Positions 25,945 through 34,010 are shown, numbered from the stretch's first letter. The stretch is 54,693 nt of DNA from Frankiales bacterium (GCA_025965615.1 JAOPWP010000167.1:1-54693), one strand, 5' to 3'. Translations and numbers: made by a program. The notes: generated from the letters alone by a model not told the origin.

Positions 25945-27155
25945 CGACGTCCCGGGCGGGGATCCGTCACGTCCAGCACCCGGTCGTAGACGGCCACGGT
26001 CTCGGCGGCCATCCGGGCGCTGGTGAAGTGGCGGTCGAACCGGTCGCGACCTGCTGTGCCGTAGGCCGCACGGAGGTCGGGATCGGCGAGCAGGCGGCCG
26101 AGGGCCTCGCTCAGGGCGCCGGCGTCCCGCGGTCGGACCAGCACCCCCGTCTCGCCGTCGACCACGACCTCCTCGCTGCCGATCACGCGGGTCGCCACGA
26201 CGGGGAGCCCGGCGTCCATGGCCTCGAGCAGGACGAGCGGCATCCCCTCGTGCAGCGACGGGAGCACGAAGACGTCAGCCGCGTCGAGCAGGAGCCGGGC
26301 GTCCGGGCGATGACCTGGCAGGTGGACGACCGTGGAGATACCGAGGTCGGCGGCCTGACGTCGGAGCGCGTCGTGCAGGTGCCCGCTGCCGAGGACGACG
26401 ACGGCGAGGTCCGGGAACCGGCGGAGCAGCTCGGGCACGGCGTCGAGCAGGTGGGTGTGCCCCTTCATGACGTTGAGCCGCCCCACGGTGAGCACCACCG
26501 GCTGGTCTGCGCGCAGACCCAGAGCGGCGCGGGCGGCAGAGCGGCCGATGCCGCCGCCCCTCGGCCGGATCCCGTTGGCGACGGTCGTCATGTCGTCGCT
26601 GCGGACGCCGATCCGCTCGTACGTGCGGCGCTGTGCCACCGACACCGTGAGCAGGTGGTGCACGGGGCGTACGGACCGGAAGAACGGCACGCGGTGCTTC
26701 GGGCTGCCCATCAGCCACGGGTAGTGCTGCGTCTGGACGACCGCGGGGACACCTGCTGAACGCGCCGCGCGGGCGCCGTCGAAGTCCTCGCGGCCCGTCC
26801 CCACGTGCACGTGGAAGACGTCCGTCGGGTGCCGCTGCAGGTGCCCGACGATCGCGGCTGCGAACTCAGGCGAGCGGGGGTGGGGCAGGGGGACCGCCCG
26901 TGCCCCGATCGCGCGGGCGGCCTCGAGGAGCCGCTCCCCGGGTGCGGTCGCCCACGCCAGGACCGAGACGTCGCTGGTCCGGACGTACTCGGAGGCGAGC
27001 TCGATCATGTGGACGCCCATGCCGGACGGGTCGGCCGAGGGGGTGTAGAGGGACACCGCACGCCGGCGCCCCGGGCCGGAGCCGGACTCGCGGGGCAACG
27101 GCCACCGGGGCAGGGGCTGACGGCTGCGCTGCTGGTCCAGAGACGCCGGTGCCAC
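25941..27155 (-). CDS. GT4-family (GT-B) glycosyltransferase
   Basis: C-terminal motif PSLHEGMPLVLLEAMDAGLPVVAT...GETGVLV, and N-domain SLYTPSADPSGMGVHMIELA. I prefer GTG at 27155, which is preceded by GAAGGAGA (rc of 27160-27167). An alternative GTG is at 27056. Upstream of 27155 the third-position G/C bias of the track ORF collapses. Confidence 0.85.
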   Translation of the reverse strand: MAPASLDQQRSRQPLPRWPLPRESGSGPGRRRAVSLYTPSADPSGMGVHMIELASEYVRTSDVSVLAWATAPGERLLEAARAIGARAVPLPHPRSPEFAAAIVGHLQRHPTDVFHVHVGTGREDFDGARAARSAGVPAVVQTQHYPWLMGSPKHRVPFFRSVRPVHHLLTVSVAQRRTYERIGVRSDDMTTVANGIRPRGGGIGRSAARAALGLRADQPVVLTVGRLNVMKGHTHLLDAVPELLRRFPDLAVVVLGSGHLHDALRRQAADLGISTVVHLPGHRPDARLLLDAADVFVLPSLHEGMPLVLLEAMDAGLPVVATRVIGSEEVVVDGETGVLVRPRDAGALSEALGRLLADPDLRAAYGTAGRDRFDRHFTSARMAAETVAVYDRVLDVTDPRPGRR

Positions 27156-27168
27156 TGCTCTCCTTCGT

Positions 27169-27233
27169 GACACGAACCCGGGACACAAACCCGGGACACA
27201 GGACCGGGGCACAAGACCCTGACACATCAGGCG
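27169..27233. repeat. Five tandem imperfect 13-nt direct repeats (consensus GACACRAACCCGG on the plus strand)
   Basis: Read directly: GACACGAACCCGG (27169-27181), GACACAAACCCGG (27182-27194), GACACAGGACCGG (27195-27207), GGCACAAGACCCT (27208-27220), GACACATCAGGCG (27221-27233). The array starts 2 nt upstream of the Shine-Dalgarno of the GT4 operon. Confidence 0.85.
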
Positions 27234-27419
27234 GATCCGCGAGCCGCGACGTGAGTCTCGAGCACCCGCAGGCCGTCGGTCCGCGGGGCGGGAGGTGAAG
27301 TCCTGCCCCGCCAGGATGACTGCCACACGGCTTCCGGACAGCGCGATTGATCGTCCTTCGCGCGATCGTCTGGGCACCTGCGGGGTAGGGCGCTGTCACC
27401 CGATCAACAGGAGGCACGA

Positions 27420-28214
27420 GTGACCACCCCCGGACAGGTCTCAGGCGCGACCCAGCAGGCCGCCGGTGTGACCGCATCCAGCGCCAAGGACGAGGCAGCG
27501 CAGGTCGGCCAGACCGCGAAGTCGGCCGTGTCCGACGTCGCGGGCACCGCCACGGAGCAGGCTGGCCAGGTGGTGACCGAGGCGGTCGACCAGGTCAAGC
27601 AGCTCACCCAGCAGGCCCGCACCCAGGCTGGCGAGCAGGCCGGCAACGCCACGCAGAAGCTCAGCGAGTCGCTGCGCTCGCTGGCCAACGAGGTCCGCGA
27701 GCTCAGCCAGGGCAAGGCCGACGGGTCGGGCACGGCTGCCGGCCTCGCTCAGCAGCTGGCCGACAAGGGCGACCAGGTCGCCCAGTACCTCGCCTCGCAG
27801 GGTCCCGACGGGCTGCTGCAGGACGTCCGTGGCTTCGCCGCCCGCAAGCCCGGCTCCTTCCTGCTCGCTGCGCTCACCGCAGGCCTGGCCACCGGCCGGG
27901 TCGTGAAGGGCGCCAGTGCGGCGGCGAGCAGCACGGCCGCAGGCGGCTCGGCCGCGGGCACCGCGAGCACCCCGGTGGCCGTCGTGCAGCCCGTCGTCGA
28001 GGTCCCGCCCGTCGAGACCTACGCCGCGACGTCGGAGCCCTACGGGTCCCAGCCCTACGTCGGCGGAACGGCCGACCCCTACCCGGCGACCACGCCCGTC
28101 GCGCACAGCGACGACAGCGGGATCCTCGACAGCGGCACGACCTCCATCGGCCCCGTCTCGGGTGACGAGCGCTCCAGCGTCCCGCCGTACGAGTCCGGAT
28201 CAGGGCTGCGATGA
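27420..28214 (+). CDS. Membrane-anchored LEA/apolipophorin-like helical-repeat protein (function unknown)
   Basis: GTG is preceded by AGGAGG. It has a long Ala/Gln/Glu-rich amphipathic segment (AAQVGQTAKSAVSDVAGTATEQAGQVVTEAVDQVKQLTQQARTQAGEQ), one hydrophobic helix (FLLAALTAGLATG) and a Ser/Ala/Pro-rich tail. Confidence 0.75.
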   Translation: MTTPGQVSGATQQAAGVTASSAKDEAAQVGQTAKSAVSDVAGTATEQAGQVVTEAVDQVKQLTQQARTQAGEQAGNATQKLSESLRSLANEVRELSQGKADGSGTAAGLAQQLADKGDQVAQYLASQGPDGLLQDVRGFAARKPGSFLLAALTAGLATGRVVKGASAAASSTAAGGSAAGTASTPVAVVQPVVEVPPVETYAATSEPYGSQPYVGGTADPYPATTPVAHSDDSGILDSGTTSIGPVSGDERSSVPPYESGSGLR

Positions 28215-28657
28215 CGGGCCCCGACACCACGCAGAGCAGCATCCGGCTCGACACCGGTCCGGGCACCTCGGACGTGAAGGCGAACAGCGTGGGTGAGCTC
28301 GTCCGCGAGGTCACCCAGGACCTGACCAAGCTGCTCACGCAGGAGCTCGAGCTGGCCAAGCTGGAGGTCAAGGCCGAGGCCAAGAAGGCCGGCAAGACCG
28401 CGGGTGCGTTCGGCGGGGCAGGAGCGGCCGGCTACTTCGCGGTGCTGTTCGCCTCGCTCACCCTGATGTTCGCCCTGGCCAGCCTGTTCGACAGCCTCAC
28501 CTGGGCTGCGCTCGCCGTGACCGTGCTGTGGGCGATCGTCGGCGCGGTGCTGTTCTCGAAGGCGAAGAAGCAGGCTCAGGAGATCAACCCCAAGCCAGAA
28601 GTGACCGTGCAAACGCTGAAGGAGGATGCGCAGTGGGCCAAGACCCGGAGCAGCTGA
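28211..28657 (+). CDS. Actinobacterial holin-X-like (Phage_holin_3_6 / DUF1469-type) membrane protein
   Basis: ELVREVTQDLTKLLTQELELAKLEVK is followed by two TM helices (GAFGGAGAAGYFAVLFASLTLMFAL; WAALAVTVLWAIVGAVLF) and a charged tail. The ATG overlaps the upstream stop (ATGA). Confidence 0.8.
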   Translation: MTGPDTTQSSIRLDTGPGTSDVKANSVGELVREVTQDLTKLLTQELELAKLEVKAEAKKAGKTAGAFGGAGAAGYFAVLFASLTLMFALASLFDSLTWAALAVTVLWAIVGAVLFSKAKKQAQEINPKPEVTVQTLKEDAQWAKTRSS

Positions 28658-29481
28658 GGGCCGAGATCGCGCGCACCCGCGCGGAGCTCGGTCAGGACCT
28701 CGACACCCTGGTCGAGAAGGTCACGCCGTCCAAGGTCGTCGAGCGCAAGGTCGACGCGACGAAGGAAGCAGTGGTGGGAGTGAAGGACAAGATCATGGGC
28801 TCGGCGAGCACGGCCAAGGACTCCGTCATGGGGTCCGCCAGCGACGCAGGCAGCAGCGTCGCCGGCACCGCCAGCTCGGCCGGCAGCAGCGTCGCGGGCG
28901 CCGCGGGGTCCGCCGTCGACGGCGTGTCCAGTGCGGCCCAGCAGGCACCGCAGACGGCCAGGCGCAAGGCGGCCGGCAACCCGGTCGCCGCCGGCGTGAT
29001 CGCCTTCGGTCTGGGCTGGCTCATCTCCGGCCTCATGCCGCAGTCCGACGCCGAGCAGAAGCAGGCCGCCAAGCTCAAGGACAAGGCCCTCGACGCGGCC
29101 GAGCCGCTCAAGGAGCAGGCCGCCCAGGCTGCTTCGCAGATCAAGGAGAACCTGGCGCCGGTCGCCCAGGACGCGGTCAGCTCGGTCAAGGAGACCGCCA
29201 CCGGCGCCGTCTCCGAGGTGAAGGACCAGGCGACCTGGTCCGGCGCCACGGTGACCGAGCAGGCCACCACCTCGGCCGGCAGCGTGGCCGACACGGCCAG
29301 GACCGCGGCGCAGGACGCCAAGGAGCAGGCGACGACACCGCCTGAGCCCGAGCCGTCCTCGTACGCCGTCGTGGTCGAGGAGCCGATCTACGTGGAGGAG
29401 ACGACCGCCTTCCCGGCGGACCCGCTCCGCCCCGCCGGCCGCTCCTACGCCGACGACCCGGCGCTGCGTCCGCCGACCTAG
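28633..29481 (+). CDS. DUF3618-like protein with TM helix and LEA-like C-terminal repeats
   Basis: VGQDPEQLRAEIARTRAELGQDLDTLVEKV is the DUF3618-type N-terminus as I recall it. GTG at 28633 is preceded by GAAGGAGGA. It has a TM helix VAAGVIAFGLGWLISGL and amphipathic repeats AAKLKDKALDAAEPLKEQAAQAASQIKENLAPVAQDAV. It overlaps the holin-like gene by 25 nt. Confidence 0.75.
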   Translation: MGQDPEQLRAEIARTRAELGQDLDTLVEKVTPSKVVERKVDATKEAVVGVKDKIMGSASTAKDSVMGSASDAGSSVAGTASSAGSSVAGAAGSAVDGVSSAAQQAPQTARRKAAGNPVAAGVIAFGLGWLISGLMPQSDAEQKQAAKLKDKALDAAEPLKEQAAQAASQIKENLAPVAQDAVSSVKETATGAVSEVKDQATWSGATVTEQATTSAGSVADTARTAAQDAKEQATTPPEPEPSSYAVVVEEPIYVEETTAFPADPLRPAGRSYADDPALRPPT

Positions 29482-29493
29482 CCCGTCCCTCGT

Positions 29494-29529
29494 CCGAGGC
29501 CCGTCCACCTGGAGGTGGGCGGGCCTCGG
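29494..29529. terminator. Strong bidirectional stem-loop between convergent genes
   Basis: Read directly. CCGAGGCCCGTCCACC (29494-29509), loop TGGA, GGTGGGCGGGCCTCGG (29514-29529): a 16-bp stem with one mismatch. It sits between the DUF3618-like stop (29481) and the SP-lyase-family stop (29539). Confidence 0.7.
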
Positions 29530-29538
29530 AGCGTGCGG

Positions 29539-30591
29539 TCAGAAGGCGTAGCGGACCCGGCAGCTCGGAAGCCGATCAGCGATCAGCTGCTCCAGCTGTG
29601 CGACCCACGCGCCCTTCCAACCACTGCGGTAGCGCACGTTCAACCCGCCGGTCTGTGAGCGCTTCGGCTGCTGGATGTCCGGCCTCCAGAGCAGCTCCTC
29701 GGCCTTCGGGTGCCAGCCCAGGTTGACCTCGTGCAGCCGGTCGTTGTGGGTCAGGAAGATGACCTCGCAGGCCAGCTGGGCCTTCGCTGCGGGGCCGAGC
29801 CGGTCGTCCAGCTCCTGCAGCAGGGATGCCCACCGGTCCTGCCAACCCTCCGTCACGACGACGGGGGAGAAGTTCAGGTGCACCTCGTAGCCGGCTTCCA
29901 CGAAGTCGTCGACGGCACAGATCCGCTCGTCGATGCTGCTGGTCCGCAGGTCCAGCAGCTTCGCCTCCTCGCGGGGCATCAGGCTGAACCGGACGCGGGT
30001 GCGGCGCTGGGGGTCCCAGGTCAGCAGGTCGCGGTTGACGTGCTTGGTGGCGAAGCTGGCCTTGGCGGTCGGGGTGGTGCGGAAGAGCTCGACCAGGTCC
30101 CGCACGTTGTCGCTCAGCCGTGCGTCCACGCTGCAGTCGCTGTTCTCGCCGATGTCGTAGACCCACGCATCGGGGTCGCAGGAGTTCGGCTCGGGCTTCG
30201 TGCCCTGCCGGGCGATGTGCCGCCCCAGGTAGCCCGTGATCTGCTCGATGTTGGCGAACACGGTGATCGGGTTGGCGTAGCCCTTGCGCCGCGGCACGTA
30301 GCAGTAGGCGCAGGCCATCGCGCAGCCGTTCGCCGTCGACGGGGCGATCCAGTCGGAGCTGCGGCCGTTCGGACGGGCCGTCAGGGACTTCTTCACCCCG
30401 AGGACCAGGTCCTCGGTCTTGATCCGGACCCAGCGCGGGACGTCGGCGGCGTCGTACGGCACCGCCATGTGCGAGGCGACCTCGATCCGCTCCGCATCGG
30501 GCCACCGGGCCAGCACCTCCTTGCCCCGCGGGAGGTCAGCTGCAGCAGGTTCCACGAAGATGCGCCGGACGTCCAGCAGGGGGGTGCTCAT
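29539..30591 (-). CDS. Spore photoproduct lyase-family radical SAM protein
   Basis: Radical SAM cluster motif CAMACAYC (CX3CX2C). The overall layout is collinear with Bacillus SplB as I recall it (FVEP...LGVKKSL...IAPSTANGC...GENSDCSVD...ATKHVNRDLL...RVRFSL...AGYEVHLNFSPVV..EGW...VRYAF). ATG is at 30591; the track ORF starts at a TTG at 30603. Confidence 0.85.
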   Translation of the reverse strand: MSTPLLDVRRIFVEPAAADLPRGKEVLARWPDAERIEVASHMAVPYDAADVPRWVRIKTEDLVLGVKKSLTARPNGRSSDWIAPSTANGCAMACAYCYVPRRKGYANPITVFANIEQITGYLGRHIARQGTKPEPNSCDPDAWVYDIGENSDCSVDARLSDNVRDLVELFRTTPTAKASFATKHVNRDLLTWDPQRRTRVRFSLMPREEAKLLDLRTSSIDERICAVDDFVEAGYEVHLNFSPVVVTEGWQDRWASLLQELDDRLGPAAKAQLACEVIFLTHNDRLHEVNLGWHPKAEELLWRPDIQQPKRSQTGGLNVRYRSGWKGAWVAQLEQLIADRLPSCRVRYAF

Positions 30592-30766
30592 CGTCAGCTG
30601 CAACGCCTGCGACGGGTCGAGGCATCCCGGGCCGGCACCTTCCGCTCACGACCTGCCCGGCCGATCTTGCCCCTGTTTTGGCCCTTGGTCCGCTCTGCTC
30701 CGGTCGGTTAGCCTCCAGGGCGCAGTGCCGACTCGCGGCACGCGACGCCACAGGGGGCACAGCAGC

Positions 30767-32026
30767 GTGTCGACCCTGGACGAGCGCGTCCTCGACACCC
30801 TCCGCTTCCTGCTGCGCTCCTCCCACCTGGGAGGGGTGGACGACCTCCCCGCGCTCGTCCGGGGCGCAGGCCAGCGCCTCGGCGCGCACGACGCCACCCT
30901 GTACGTCGTCGACTACGACCAGACCCTGCTCGTGCCCTTGACGGAGAGCGGCGCCCCCCCTTCCGACCCCGGCACCCCCGAGCCGGTGACGATCGACGGC
31001 ACGCTCGCCGGGCGCGCCTTCAGCGACGTCACCCAGCACGTCGGGAGTGCGGGCGAGCTCGTGTCGTTCTGGGCCCCTGTCATCGACGGCACCGACCGCC
31101 TCGGTGTGCTGCAGCTGCTCTTCGCTCCCGACACGGTGGTCGACCACGACCTCCGGCAGGCCTGCACCGACCTGGCGTCCCTCGTCGCCGAGCTGCTGAT
31201 GTCCAAGCGCATGTACGGCGACGCGGTCGAGCTGGCCAGGCGCCGCTCGACGATGAGCGTGCCGGCCGAGATGCAGTGGACGCTGCTGCCGCCTCTCACC
31301 TTCGTCTCGCCGAGGGTCGCCATCTCCGGTGTGCTGGCCCCCGCCGTGGAGGTGGCCGGCGACTCGTTCGACTACGCCCTCAACGGGGACACCGCCCACG
31401 TCGCCCTGTTCGATGCCATGGGGCACGGGATGGAGGCGACCCTGCTGGCAGGCGTCGCCGTCTCCTCCCTGCGCAACGCGCGGCGCAGCGGGCGGGACCT
31501 CGCCGACACCGCACGCACTGTGGAGCGCGAGCTCGAGGCCCAGTTCGGGCCGGACAGGTTCGTCACGGGCATCATCGGCGAGCTCGACCTGGCGACCGGC
31601 TGGTGGACGTGGACGACCTGCGGACACCCGCCGGCCCTGCTCGTACGAGGCGGGCATGTCGTCAAGGTGCTCGGTGACGTCGTCGGCCCGCCCCTCGGGC
31701 TGGGGCTGCTCGACGATCCGCCGCAGATCGGCCGCGAGCGCCTGCAACCCGGGGATCGCCTGCTCCTCTACAGCGACGGGGTGATCGAGGCACGTGACGC
31801 CGACGGCGAGTTCTTCGGCACTGACCGGCTCGTCGACTTCGTGACCCGTCAGGCGGTCGCGGGCCGGCCGGTTGCCGAGACCCTCCGCCGGCTCAACCAC
31901 GCCGTCCTCGACCACCAGGAGGGCACCCTCCAGGACGACGCCACGACCGTGCTGGTCGAGTGGCTCGTCCCCGGCGAGCCGCAGGAGAGCTCGCCGGAGC
32001 CGGACGAGAGTCCCGTCGGGCCCTGA
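30767..32026 (+). CDS. GAF-domain PP2C (SpoIIE-family) serine phosphatase
   Basis: N-terminal GAF-like region followed by PP2C motifs VAGDSFDY, LFDAMGHGMEA, LLLYSDGVIEA and DDATTVLVEW. GTG at 30767 is preceded by AGGGGG; the upstream 116 codons of the track ORF were discarded. Confidence 0.85.
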   Translation: MSTLDERVLDTLRFLLRSSHLGGVDDLPALVRGAGQRLGAHDATLYVVDYDQTLLVPLTESGAPPSDPGTPEPVTIDGTLAGRAFSDVTQHVGSAGELVSFWAPVIDGTDRLGVLQLLFAPDTVVDHDLRQACTDLASLVAELLMSKRMYGDAVELARRRSTMSVPAEMQWTLLPPLTFVSPRVAISGVLAPAVEVAGDSFDYALNGDTAHVALFDAMGHGMEATLLAGVAVSSLRNARRSGRDLADTARTVERELEAQFGPDRFVTGIIGELDLATGWWTWTTCGHPPALLVRGGHVVKVLGDVVGPPLGLGLLDDPPQIGRERLQPGDRLLLYSDGVIEARDADGEFFGTDRLVDFVTRQAVAGRPVAETLRRLNHAVLDHQEGTLQDDATTVLVEWLVPGEPQESSPEPDESPVGP

Positions 32027-32152
32027 CGGACGGCGGCCCTGGGCTCGACCGCTCCACATCGTGAGCACGTCCTGCCCGGCGCGCCTCGGCCACACCTTCG
32101 CGCGGGACCTGGACCCCTGGGTCGAGCGCGCCGGCGTCGCCTGCCTACCCGC

Positions 32153-32770
32153 TCAGTCGCTGGTACGCCGCAGCCCGTCGAGGGCCAGGGTGACGACCGC
32201 GTCGGCGATCTCGGCGGCGGCCGTGCTGCCCCCTGGGCGGTACCACTCGGCGACGCTGTTCACCATGCCGAACAGCAGCCGGGTCACCAGCCGGGGGTCG
32301 AGGTCCGCGCGGATCCCGCCCTGGTCGATCGCGCTCTGCACGAGGGCACTGAGCCGTGCGTCGAACTCCCGACGGCGGTCCAGAGCCTCGCGCTCCACCG
32401 GGGTGTTGCCGCGGATCCTCAGCAGCAGGCTGACGTAGGGCAGCTGCGCGTCGAGCACCTCGGCGCTGCGGCGTACGACGTGCTGCAGGCGGTCCACGGC
32501 CGGTCCTTGCGTGCTCGGCGGCTCCTCGAGGACGGCGAACAGCGCGTCCAGGGCGCGGGAGACGGCGAGCTGGAGCAGCTGCTCCTTGCTCGAGACGTGG
32601 TGGTAGATCGACGACTTGGTCATGCCGGCGGCTGCGGCGAGGTGCTCCATCGTCGTGGCGTCGTAGCCCCTCGCGAGGAACTCCCGAGCCACCAGCGCCA
32701 GCAGCTCGTCGGGCGTGTGGCGCGGTGGGCGGCCCGGCGAGCGGCGGGGTGCATCTGCTGACGCGGTCAC
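32153..32770 (-). CDS. TetR-family transcriptional regulator (PaaR-like by context)
   Basis: HTH MEHLAAAAGMTKSSIYHHVSSKEQLL. A GTG start at 32770 is assumed. It lies 31 nt downstream of pheA on the same strand, opposite the paa operon. Confidence 0.8.
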   Translation of the reverse strand: MTASADAPRRSPGRPPRHTPDELLALVAREFLARGYDATTMEHLAAAAGMTKSSIYHHVSSKEQLLQLAVSRALDALFAVLEEPPSTQGPAVDRLQHVVRRSAEVLDAQLPYVSLLLRIRGNTPVEREALDRRREFDARLSALVQSAIDQGGIRADLDPRLVTRLLFGMVNSVAEWYRPGGSTAAAEIADAVVTLALDGLRRTSD

Positions 32771-32801
32771 CCGACGACCGTAGTGCCGCTGTGCGGGCGT
32801 C

Positions 32802-34010
32802 CTACGCGGGACGCGAGGTCCTCGGCCCGCGACCCTGCGGACCGAGGACCGCCTCGAGCGACTCGTCGGGAGCATCGCCCCGCACCACCTTGGCGGGGTA
32901 GCTGCCCAGCACCTTCAGGCCCAGGGACGCCTCGCGCAGCTCCTGCACGACGTCCTGCGTCCGCGGGTCGGCGACGTTGCCTTCGAAGTCGAGGAAGAAC
33001 AGGTACTCGAACGGGCTGCCCGGCCGCGGACGCGACTCGAGCTTGGTCATGGAATGTCCTGTACGACTGAGGATCTCGAGGCAGCGCAGGAGCGCGCCCT
33101 CCTCGTGCCGGGTGACCAGCACCAGGCTCGTCTTGCTGGGGACCCGGTCAGGCACGCGCACGGGGTTCCTCGCCAGCAGGAGGAACCGGGTCCAGTTCTC
33201 GTCCTGGTCGGCGAGGCCGCGTCGCAGCACCACCAGCCCGTGCGCATCGGCGGCCTCGGCGGAGCCGATGGCCCCCCAGGTCGGGTCCCCCGCCTCGGCG
33301 ACGGCGCGCATCGCCTCGGCCGTGTCGAAGACGGTCACCGGCACGGCGCCGGGCAGGGTGCGCAGGAAGCTCGCGCACTGCTCCAGCCCCTGCGGGTGCG
33401 ACAGCACCCGTCGCAGCGATGACAGCGGGGTGTCGGCGACCGCGGCGAGGCAGTGGTCGACCCGCCAGGTCTCCTCGCCGACGACGTGCACGTCGCTGGC
33501 CTGCAGCAGGTCGTAGACCTGGTTGATGCTGCCGGCGGTGGTGTTCTCGATGGGCAGGAACGCCAGGTCGCAGCTGCCCGTGACCAGCGCGGCGATGGCG
33601 TCGGCGAAGGACACGTGCCCCTCGAAGCGCCCCTGCTGCCCGCGCCCGGCCAGGTGCTTGCGGGCCGCGAGGTGGCTGTAGGCGTGCTCGACGCCCTGGA
33701 AGGCCACGACGAGCGGCCGGTCGGCGGTGCCGGTGAGCTCCGCGACCTGCCGGTCGACGGCGTGGCCGATGATCTCCCGGAAGATCCGCCGGACCAGGTC
33801 GCCCGAGACGCCGCGTTCCTCGGCCACGGCCACGACCCCGTCGAGCACCGCGCGCTCGCGCTCGGCATCGCGGACAGGGGCGTCGGTCCGCGCCTTGGCC
33901 GAGCCGACCTGCGCCACGATCTGCAGCCGCCGGGCGATGAGGTCGACGAGCCCTCGGTCGACGTCGTCGAGATCGCGGCGTAGCTGCGCCAGGTCCGGGA
34001 GTTCGCCCAT
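32802..34010 (-). CDS. pheA: Bifunctional chorismate mutase / prephenate dehydratase (P-protein) with ACT domain
   Basis: CM_2 helices ([31 protein letters not shown]...RERAVL). PDT domain ([35 protein letters not shown]). ACT/ESRP motif ([10 protein letters not shown]). Confidence 0.9.
   Translation of the reverse strand: MGELPDLAQLRRDLDDVDRGLVDLIARRLQIVAQVGSAKARTDAPVRDAERERAVLDGVVAVAEERGVSGDLVRRIFREIIGHAVDRQVAELTGTADRPLVVAFQGVEHAYSHLAARKHLAGRGQQGRFEGHVSFADAIAALVTGSCDLAFLPIENTTAGSINQVYDLLQASDVHVVGEETWRVDHCLAAVADTPLSSLRRVLSHPQGLEQCASFLRTLPGAVPVTVFDTAEAMRAVAEAGDPTWGAIGSAEAADAHGLVVLRRGLADQDENWTRFLLLARNPVRVPDRVPSKTSLVLVTRHEEGALLRCLEILSRTGHSMTKLESRPRPGSPFEYLFFLDFEGNVADPRTQDVVQELREASLGLKVLGSYPAKVVRGDAPDESLEAVLGPQGRGPRTSRPA

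Noticed and set aside
27169-27233. Idea that the 13-nt repeats are PhoP-type PHO boxes
   Set aside because: PHO-box direct-repeat units, as I recall, are 11 nt with a GTTCA core. These units are 13 nt and the core does not match. I kept the array as an unexplained repeat instead.
27283-27311. 11-bp stem-loop GCGGGGCGGGA-GGTGAAG-TCCTGCCCCGC in the 27.2-27.4 kb intergenic region, considered as a riboswitch or sRNA
   Set aside because: It is a single GC-rich hairpin with one mismatch. It has no flanking conserved-looking structure and no U-tract, which is insufficient to call an RNA gene.
27156-27377. N-terminal extension of the glycosyltransferase ORF through the 13-nt repeats (MCQGLVPRSCVPGLCPGFVS...)
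   Set aside because: Third-position G/C bias collapses in this stretch. A strong GAAGGAGA Shine-Dalgarno followed by a GTG lies downstream at 27155. The Cys-rich peptide is a by-product of translating the repeat.
27383-27388. GGGTAG as a SigB/SigF-type -10 element upstream of the LEA-like gene
   Set aside because: There is no matching GNNT/GTTT -35 element at the expected 14-17 nt spacing, so the promoter call is unsupported.
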